In this document: in pieces, positions 55,801 through 64,000 of the stretch | How the letters are laid out: each line of letters opens with the position of its first letter | How positions within the stretch are numbered: the stretch's first letter is position 1 | Source: Chrysomallon squamiferum | Lineage: Eukaryota; Animalia; Mollusca | NCBI GenBank assembly: GCA_012295275.1 | Contig: CM022672.1 | Coordinates: 26,350,001-26,414,000, forward strand | Length of the DNA stretch: 64,000 bases | Direction: 5' to 3' | Notes under the pieces: generated by a model | Database searches by the model: none | What the model was told of the DNA's origin: nothing | The model's input: the letters and a program-made list of their open reading frames with translations, nothing else | Made by a program: the position numbers and the translations under genes

Positions 55801-57770
55801 GAAGTCAAAATTAAATGCATATTTGCGAAATTTTAGCAGATGAAGTGTTTGTTGACTTCTAATAATGGGAGTAGTTAATACATTTTCACAAGACTTTTGC
55901 CAAAATGTCTTGAAAATGAAAAACAACAAAAATAAATTAAACAAACAGAAGAGCCAAACATTTGTTATAATGAAACAAAACAGAAAATAAAACAAAACAA
56001 AAACAACAAACAAATAAAATTAAATAAAAAATAAAGTAATACTGTTATTTTACTAAAATATTTAGGTTTTTAAAGACACAGTATTAAACTGATTTTTAGG
56101 ATTTCAAGAAATTTATAACAAATGATCAAACTAGCTTTCTTCTATTTGATTTAAAACCCAAAACCCAAATATTTATTTTACAATCTTAACTGAATAAATC
56201 CCAGAAATTAATAAAGAATTTTTAATTTTTAAAATGTTTTTTTTTTTTTTTTGAAGAGTCTGAAGCTTAATGTTTTGTTTATTGTGAATTATTTCATTTC
56301 TGCTGTCATATATCTTGGTAAAGTTATACTGTGTGTTTAAATGCATGCATAAAACCAAAAACAAAAACAGTTTAAACAGTTTTGTACGTGATACCTTAAA
56401 TTTTTGTGCACTCGTCTACGTTTATTACACATCACCTTTCTCAACAACTCAATGCTAAAGATAAAACAACTTCTGGTGCAAACAAACACACTTTCAAAAA
56501 TTAAAACTAAATCAATAAGAAACAGATTCCAAATAAAACAACAAACTGGAGCAGTAAATTGATGATTTCAATTGGGAATCACAAGATTAATCTTCCAACC
56601 ATAACATAAACAATACCCCCAGATGAGAGTTTTACAAGATAGAAAGCCAAATGATGATTATTAGTTTATTTTGTTATTTTTAAGAACTGATTCAACATTT
56701 TCTAATTTTTAATTGACCGGAGTTGAAAATCTCAGTTCTAATATATTCATATTTTTTTAAATATTTTTTTAAATAACAACTTTGTTTGACCAGCTTCATA
56801 ATTATTTTAAAAATTCAGCAGTTCAGTTCACTTGAAACAACTCTCAAACTTAAAATCAGGATATTATTTTGATTTATATTTTGAATAGCATTATTCAGAC
56901 TTTTATCATCAGTAGAAAACAAACCTTTCCATTGTTCCACATGCCTTTGCTCGTTTGAGTTTATCTAGATGTTGCTGCCTAATTTCAGTATAACTGACAG
57001 GTCTGTGCAGTTCAATAGATGAAGGAACTGGTCCTACAAGATTATTATTTTTATCGTTTGGGCGTCTGCTTAGTTCATGGGAAAGACAACGCTGTCGCTT
57101 GATATATTCAGCGTATTCTCCCATACTTCCATCCCAGTTATCATCATCACTCGATTCTGACTCACCTGCACAAAGCTTCAGCGAATCTGAAATATGTATA
57201 TATATAGAGATATATATGTACAAATAGACAGATATACATGTGTATGTAGACTGATGCACATGTACATAGAGACAGATATATACATACTTATAGACAGATA
57301 TACAGATACATATAGATACACATACAGATACATATAGATAGATGTACATACACATATAGACAGAGATACCCATACATTAGTGCTGCATTAAAAGAGAGCA
57401 GAAATGCTGTGGGTTTTTAATGGACTGTGCTTGCAGATTTTATATGTATCATCATTACTTCATTTAATTTGTATGATGTATAGTATTATAATCCATATTA
57501 TTATTTATCATTTTTACTATAAACTATAATTTTGTAAAGAGGTAAGTCAGGATGTGTAAAAATGGTAATAAACATTGTTGCATTAAATATAAAATGAATC
57601 TGATGAGCAGATAACAGTTTGTTAAATGAAGGTATAACAATGGCTAAATATATTAAAAAAAAAATTCTTTGTTTATCTTTTTTTTACCTTTTTATTTGTT
57701 TTACTAGTACATTTTAAGAAAATGATCTGAACATAGATAATTAAGCTTTATTCGTCTGTCTCTTTATATG

Positions 57771-57820
<50 letters not shown>

Positions 57821-59974
57821 GCTATCCTGAAACAAATTCTTGTGAAATTTCTTTAAAATATTGACCCTTTTCAATTAAAAAAGGAATAAAATAGTAACCC
57901 CTCCTCTTAAGATCCTTGAGTCACTTTCACACAGTTATAAAATTTCACACATCACTGTATCAAAAATGGGGAACCATTAGCTATGGCAACATTTCTTACC
58001 TCCATTTGTAAATTTAGCTGACTTGGCAGCTGTTAGCTGCTGCATAAATTTGAGAATTTCATGTGTTCCTTTTTCAATGATTTCAGCTGGTGGAAATTCC
58101 AGTGGATTGTTAGTAATGTTCAACCCATGTAATGATTTGATACTGCCTGAAAAATTGTATCAAAAAATCAGTTTTAATTTTACAAATGAATACTTTAATA
58201 TTAATAGCTTTTAGGTTAAAAAACTTGTATTTCTATAGTTATGAGATGAGACTGGAATACTGATTAGTCCTGCAAGGAGATTGTTTTGCCTATTCCTATA
58301 GTTTTAGAAAACAGAGGATTTCTTTTCTTCTTTTTATAATAATATCTTTGAATACTTAAACAAAAACATGTAAATGTAAAGCAATGTATAAATTAATAAT
58401 CTTGATTATTATTTTCCCCTTCATAGTCCATACCTTGTCATTGTATGTCTCAATGACTCAAGAACTATGCCAATATAAGCTTTGGCTTCTATTAGGGGCA
58501 CCCATGCTGGACTGGTCAGTGGGTAAAAGCTAGACAGAAATGGACTAAGGGTGAGGTAAGCCTAACAGAAACCTTAAGTGTTGAAGTCAAAAGTACTGGG
58601 CTGCACAGCACACACTATTAGACTACAATATTATGCATTGACAGCTATTATGACTTAATTATTAATGTATCCTCTCCAATAATTTTATAATTCAAATATT
58701 CAAATTCGTAGTTTGCATTATTCTCCCATGCATATGTCAACAGTTAACATTTTCAGATATATATATAGTGTTATAAAATAATGTGATCACAATTTAAAGT
58801 TTAAAAAAACTACACCTACCTAGTTCAAGAGGAAGGCTTTTCAGACTATTGCCCTCTAACAACAGATTCCTTAAATGCTGATGTTTCCCCAAGTGACTAG
58901 ATGGTATTCTTGAAAGATAATTATTTCGTAAATCCAGCCACTTCAGATTTGGCAATTCTTCAAAGAAGTTTTCAGGTAAATATGATAAATAATTTCCTTC
59001 AAGGTAAACATTCTAAAAATAAAAATTAAGACCCTAAACATTAATTAGCATTAAAAATATTTATTATCCCAAAAGTGAAAATTATAAATTTAATCTAAAC
59101 AACTGTTAAAATGGAAATTTCTAAATATTTATGTGAATATTTTATCATTTTAAGCCAGATTTTTTTTTTTTTTTTTAGACAAAAAAATAACTTATCAGTC
59201 TTAAATGTCACAAAATTAAAATAAAACTGAACAGAAGAAACAGATATTAGAAAATGGCTAAACTGCAACTACATCATGTAACATTGATGTAACACTGAGT
59301 ATCAGCTCATTCTTTTTATACAGGTAATTTCAAACAGTTAATAATTATTTTAATTTATTATTTGTTAGAATTATAAGCTTTTAAATATTACCTGAATTAT
59401 CTTAATTACACACAAACGATGTTTCAGATAAATATGATATAACATGAATTGTAATAACACGTGGATTGGCGTACCAAACACAGGTACACTTACAACATCC
59501 ACATATCTATAATTGAAAAATGAATACATTAATATTATTATTTATTTATTATCATTATTTAGATTTTTTTTATCTTAAAACGTATTGTTCTGGTCATTTT
59601 AGGTGTACAGGTTATTTACCAGATTTAAATTAACTAAGACTAATTTTTATTATATTTTAAACAGTAAACATATTTGTCACCTCTAATTGTTTCAGTTCTA
59701 ACAATTCCTCTGGAATCAGCAATATTCCTTGTTTACTTAAGTCAATTGTGTTTGAATCAGTTGATGACGTTTTACGAATTATCTGAAGTATCTGTTCTTC
59801 TTGTTTTTTACTTCTTCCAAAAGCACGTTCACTTTCATTATTTTCATTATTTTCATTCTGCCATTCCGTTTTGGATTCACCAAGTTCCAATCTTTCAAGC
59901 TCACTGGAAACGGATTCGACGTCAGGCGAATTTGACAGCTGTTCAGAATCTAAACTAGACTGTAAATCTGTCAT
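41822..59974 (-). CDS. LRRC27: Leucine-rich repeat-containing protein 27 orthologue (distal last-exon isoform, 504 aa without cassette exons)
   Basis: Minus-strand exons 59974-59681, 59012-58820, 58146-58000, 57186-56925, 55446-55288, 54287-54199, 51701-51619, 51057-50981, 50623-50497 and 41905-41822 (TGA) join in frame. The LRR block NVYLEGNYLSYLPENFFEELPNLKWLDLRNNYLSRIPSSHLGKHQHLRNLLLEGNSLKSLPLELGSIKSLHGLNITNNPLEFPPAEIIEKG closely matches LRRC27 as recalled; a charged coiled-coil tail follows. Confidence 0.88.
45710..45767. repeat. Compound (GT)n(AT)n microsatellite
   Basis: Read directly from the sequence. Confidence 0.95.
46455..46559. repeat. (AACAAT)n/(AAT)n microsatellite
   Basis: Read directly from the sequence. 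Confidence 0.9.
49489..49554 (-). CDS. LRRC27: Proximal alternative last exon of LRRC27 (VKLLQKDLMRRYQELKAWTTG*)
   Basis: Acceptor atacag|GTG, phase 0 matching the donor at 50497, 22 codons ending in TGA, peptide similar to the distal last exon. Confidence 0.72.
   Translation of the reverse strand: MKLLQKDLMRRYQELKAWTTG
51398..51510. repeat. Poly(A)-(AAT)n-(AAAT)n compound microsatellite
   Basis: Read directly from the sequence. Confidence 0.95.
53132..53200 (-). CDS. Candidate 69-nt cassette exon of LRRC27 (GWSYWKGLHRYSLSNANILMKSK)
   Basis: Acceptor ttcttttaag|, strong donor AAG|gtaagg, phase 1 to phase 1 matching the host intron, no stop codon. Confidence 0.55.
54781..55075. repeat. Degenerate minisatellite, unit about 42 bp (core acaattagaaatgagcta)
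   Basis: Core variants near 54781, 54823, 54893, 54984 and 55049. Confidence 0.6.
56395..56454 (-). CDS. Candidate 60-nt cassette exon of LRRC27 (SIELLRKVMCNKRRRVHKNL)
   Basis: Acceptor gttttatctttag|, donor AAG|gtatca, phase 2 to phase 2 matching the host intron, no stop codon, CpGs retained. Confidence 0.5.
57192..57375. repeat. Degenerate AT/AC/AG dinucleotide low-complexity tract at the LRRC27 exon 4 acceptor
   Basis: Run of atatacagatacatatagata-type units; it accounts for the spurious N-terminus of ORF 56909..57373. Confidence 0.8.
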
Positions 59975-60054
59975 ATTTAACTATTTTGGTTAACATTAGA
60001 GAATGTATAAAAGAAAACGTAAACATATGCATATCGTTTCCGCAAGTTTGATGT

Positions 60055-60084
60055 AAAATGGCGGCTATCAGTTTCCATGGTGAT
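60055..60084 (-). promoter_or_regulatory. LRRC27 proximal promoter: YY1 motif (CCGCCATTTT on minus, 60055-60064) next to an RFX X-box-like site (GTTTCCATGGTGAT, 60071-60084)
   Basis: Both motifs lie 80-110 nt upstream of the LRRC27 ATG; the X-box has one perfect half-site. Confidence 0.55.
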
Positions 60085-62062
60085 ATACTACCTTCCATAT
60101 CATTACTTTCATATTACTTAAATAGACTTTTGCTAGAAAATATATCTTTTGTGACAGTGTCTGTAAAGTAAGTTTCATAATTAAATACGAAATATTCTTT
60201 TTTAAATAATAGAACTGTTTTTTTAATATAGATTCGTAATAAATATAAATGATTTTGACGATTTTCAAACTAAGTTCCATGTTTTTAAACTACAATAATT
60301 TCTAAATTAGTTACTTTGGTCGTTAATAGTATAAAATGAAATCCGCTTGTGCCAAAGAAATGATATCATTTGTTTGAACAGATTAGATGAATAAATAATT
60401 AATGAGATCTTTGATAAAGTGGAGATTTTATTTGAAAAGTTTTAACTCAACTGTCCAGCACTGTGTGAATTTGAAAGTATTTTATTTATTTATTTATTAT
60501 ACAGAGAGAAACGAGTGTAATGTTCTTACACTCTTTGCATAAATTCTACAACACAGCCGGTATAAAGCCGGGGAAATTAAAAGTATTACAATAACTCCTA
60601 TTATTATACTATGGTAAACATCTCAAATTATATTTTGATTATCCTACGTTCGTCTTTGATATAACTAAATTTAAAAAAGCAAAATAAACATGCAAACAAA
60701 ATGACAATAATGAAAGGAGAAGAAGAAATACAAACCATTATCAATTAATACAGATCAGAAAAATTAAATTACACCGTAGAGAGAGATAAAAGAAACACAA
60801 GGGTATTATATGAATTTCATAAATTTAACTATCATAAAATTAATACAAGATAAAGCGGCATTGCTGTTATTTCAACATTTTCATAAATTAGATATTGATA
60901 TAGCGATAAAGAGAGAAGTATCACGCTTTTTGTCACGTGATTTATCATGGGAGATAAATATGTTAATGTCAACAGAAACGAGCGTAAAACTTGCTATTTA
61001 AATTGGTTTTAGAAACTTAACAACTCTGCAGAAAAATGTGCAAAACACAACAATTAAAAATAATATAGTTCGAACAATAGCCAACGAATGGAACAAAAAA
61101 CAAAAAAAAAAAATTAATCCTAAAATGAAAAATGGAGTACATTTCATCTTTAATAAATTCCCAAAATAATATATACATATATAAAATATTTCAACCAACC
61201 TTGTTGTTATGAGTTTAATCATACATTAACAGGTTCTTTATTTTAAGTTCAGTTGTATATGTTGTTAGGTTATTATTTGAATTTAAATAAAATTCTGTAA
61301 ATGAATCAAAATATTATATTTCTTAAATGCTATTTTTTATTTTTTTTAATGAAATAATTTTTAAAATAATAATATTAATTTGATTATATAATATTTACAA
61401 ATCGTCGTCCTTTTCAACTTTAATTTACGATGACGCCAGAAATATTCCAATTGTAGTCTCGATTACCAGTATTGCACGTTGAAAGAAGATCTATACTATG
61501 TCAGAAGTGTCTATCGAAACTAGCCGAGCCATCGATTTTCTGTTCGGTGAATCAGTTTAATGAAAAACCAAATCGAAATGTACGCTAGGAAATGAAGCAA
61601 AATAACAGAGTAGTGAATGGATAACAAGTGCCGGTTTCTTCTGCTTCAGATGAGTTATTTTCGTAGTGATAAGTAGTACATATTACCGGAGAAAAACATT
61701 AACATGCGGGCCAAAAGTGTTGGTCTTACTATTATTGTTTCATAAAAGAACTGACAGCGAATCATATCGTCATTGATTTAGCTGGCTTTTCACACCTCGA
61801 AACGGTTTTCATTTTTTGTGGGTATTTCATGATCAATAGCATCACTCGGTGATGGAAAGAATTCAACAAATCATCATGATTCACAATGCAATATAAACAT
61901 TTTCCCACCTGCTTGACTTTATGGAATATTCAAAGTACTCTGATTTACACTTGATCGTGGTCTCTTCTTGTATATTGATATACAACAAAGTCGAACTTTT
62001 TGTTTGATGCTGACCACTGGTCAAAGTGTGGTCATACATACATTGACAAAATTGGCTGTACA

Positions 62063-62114
62063 ATGGGGACAGGCCATTCTGCGCGAAAGCAGTCTTTCGA
62101 CGCAAACGGCGAAG
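62063..62114 (+). CDS. STK32: First coding exon of an STK32 (YANK) family Ser/Thr kinase; rest of gene lies beyond the window
   Basis: ATG at 62063 reads MGTGHSARKQSFDANGE, then a phase-1 donor G|gtgagt. It resembles the recalled STK32B start MGGNHSHKPPVFDENEE-V, has an MGxxxS myristoylation motif, and sits head-to-head with LRRC27. Too short for the ORF track. Confidence 0.78.
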
Positions 62115-63818
62115 GTGAGTTTTGCTTTTAATATTTCATTTACTTTTAGCAGTAACAATAGTAAGAGCTACAGCTACAAGAGCGAAATTGTTTTTAAATA
62201 TTAAAGAAAATGCTCAACAAATTTTATAATTTATCGACTTGTGTCGAATTAGACATGCTTTGAAAATGTGCATTATAATACAAGAACGAACGGAAAATGA
62301 AATAAACCATGAACGTAAGATGTCAAATCCGAGATCACTCGACTTCACTTTTATGTGATCATCCGGATACCGTAGTCCTTAAACGCTGCCCCTCCTATAT
62401 CCTTTTAAGCAACTCCAACAACTAAGATACACATCAAACAGTGGTATAACAGTGTTTTCGTTCATTTTGTATTACCTTTTACCCAAATAATAAATTAATA
62501 ATAGGTGCAGACAATAAATTCGAAATGATGTGTATAAAATGAGTTATTATTTTACATATATTCATTCCTTCTGCAGATAATCTGCAACAATAAATCCTAA
62601 ATATTAAGTTAAAGTGGTGAGAGAACCTTTCACTTTTTTTTTTCTTATTGGCTATTAGATCTTAATGTGAGCTTCATTTGACCGCCATTGTTCGTAATTA
62701 TGATTATTAGAAGAACCTGTATCTCATTTTATAATTTATTAGTTCTAAAGCAAATCACTTATGATGTCACATCTATTCTTTGTTTTAATATAATGTAGAT
62801 TTTCAGATATAAAATCCGAAGGTTAAAATTGCATCGTCGGAAACGTATTTAGCTGTGTGTTAGAAAATTGTGCAGATAAAATAATTATGCGCGTCAGTTT
62901 AATGATTAATCAGGCCTGTTTACTTGCTTAGGAATATGATTTAATGTATCTGTTATGAAGCAAAGCTCCTGTTTGGGGTTTTCGTTAGTGTTATAATTTA
63001 ATGTATTAAATTATATTTTAATTTTGACAAAACTAAACTAAATATTAAATAGAAGTGATATTAATTATCTGTGTCATTTTAATTTTTAACATGTTAGGAT
63101 TAATGAAACTCCTCTCACAACAAGTAATCTACCTCTCAGTAGTAGGTATCAGTTTCGTAAGTACAGTTTAATTCATCGAAGTGCACGGTAGAAAAATAGC
63201 TGTACCTAAATTATGTCCAGTAATTACAACAAAAAACACTTATAAAAACACAGTATTGCTTTGCTCCAAATATCGATAATGACGTCATGTTCATTTAGAA
63301 AAAAATAAATATATATATATATATCTATAATAATAATAAGAAGAAGATAGAAAGAAAGAAAGAGATATTATTAGAATAATAACTAAATTAATTAATTTTT
63401 CAGAAAAGAAAGAAAAAAGGAATAAAACAAAAATCTTAATTACGTCACACTATCATTATGTCTGTTTTAATTTATGACACAGTGTTTTGTTTTATATTGT
63501 TACTATTATTTAAAAATATTAATACATTTTATTTATTTATTATTTATGAATTTATTTATGAAATTTCAGGAATAGAAATTCAGTAACTATATATTAATTC
63601 AAAATTATCGTCATACACAAAAGGGGCTACTTTGCCTGTGTACTGTACTATTATTTACAACATATATTGAAAGTTGTTGCAGCTTTGAAACACTTCAGTT
63701 ACTATAGGATTCACTGATTTCATTTGCAACATTTAAAACACATTCAGTTTAAATGCATTTTTGCTATATGCTTAATAATGTAACTTTTGTGCTAAACGTT
63801 TTGTTGCATTAACTAGGA

Positions 63819-63851
<33 letters not shown>

Positions 63852-64000
63852 CAACAACAAAAAAAAAAACAATAACAATAATAATAAATTAAAAAATAAA
63901 TAAAATTCATTGTGAGAAAAAGAAAAATGCCAATGTATTGAGGTGTATCTCTATTACGAATGTTTATATTCAGCAGAAATAATGGATTTCATTGTTACAA

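Noticed and set aside
58460-58620. GC-richer intronic patch that might be a snoRNA or SINE fragment
   Set aside because: No convincing C/D, H/ACA or Pol III A/B boxes found by eye.
61968-62204. 78-aa ORF as a product of the divergent gene
   Set aside because: Starts at TTG and runs through a strong donor; the other frame from ATG 62063 matches STK32.
62201-62382. Possible TTAA-flanked MITE (ttaaag...gtccttaa)
   Set aside because: Ends share only a few complementary bases; cannot be supported without a copy-number search.
1-64000. tRNA, rRNA, CRISPR arrays, autonomous transposons, prokaryotic operons
   Set aside because: None detected; the sequence is spliceosomal eukaryotic DNA with no long ORF outside the modelled exons.

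Overview
Very AT-rich, intron-rich animal DNA; by inference an invertebrate, possibly a mollusc or other lophotrochozoan. Hand-built splice models give four genes: (1) the last 9 coding exons of an SLK/STK10-family Ste20 kinase (+, 3212-8653); (2) a complete 20-exon FAM193A/B orthologue (+, 24586-37942, 1512 aa); (3) an LRRC27 orthologue (-, from 59974) with a GC-AG intron, two candidate cassette exons and two paralogous alternative last exons; (4) the first coding exon of an STK32-family kinase (+, 62063-62114), head-to-head with LRRC27 as in human. The most striking structure is a young tandem duplication of about 17 kb (SLK 3' region to FAM193A exon 16). Its upstream copy (9671-18797) lost 6885, 984 and 18 bp at microhomologies and ends in a templated insertion. 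What remains can be spliced into an open 189-aa mini-FAM193A with its own promoter copy, a new stop codon and a new AATAAA, so it is a candidate newborn gene. Protein family calls come from my recall of the human sequences, not from a database search.
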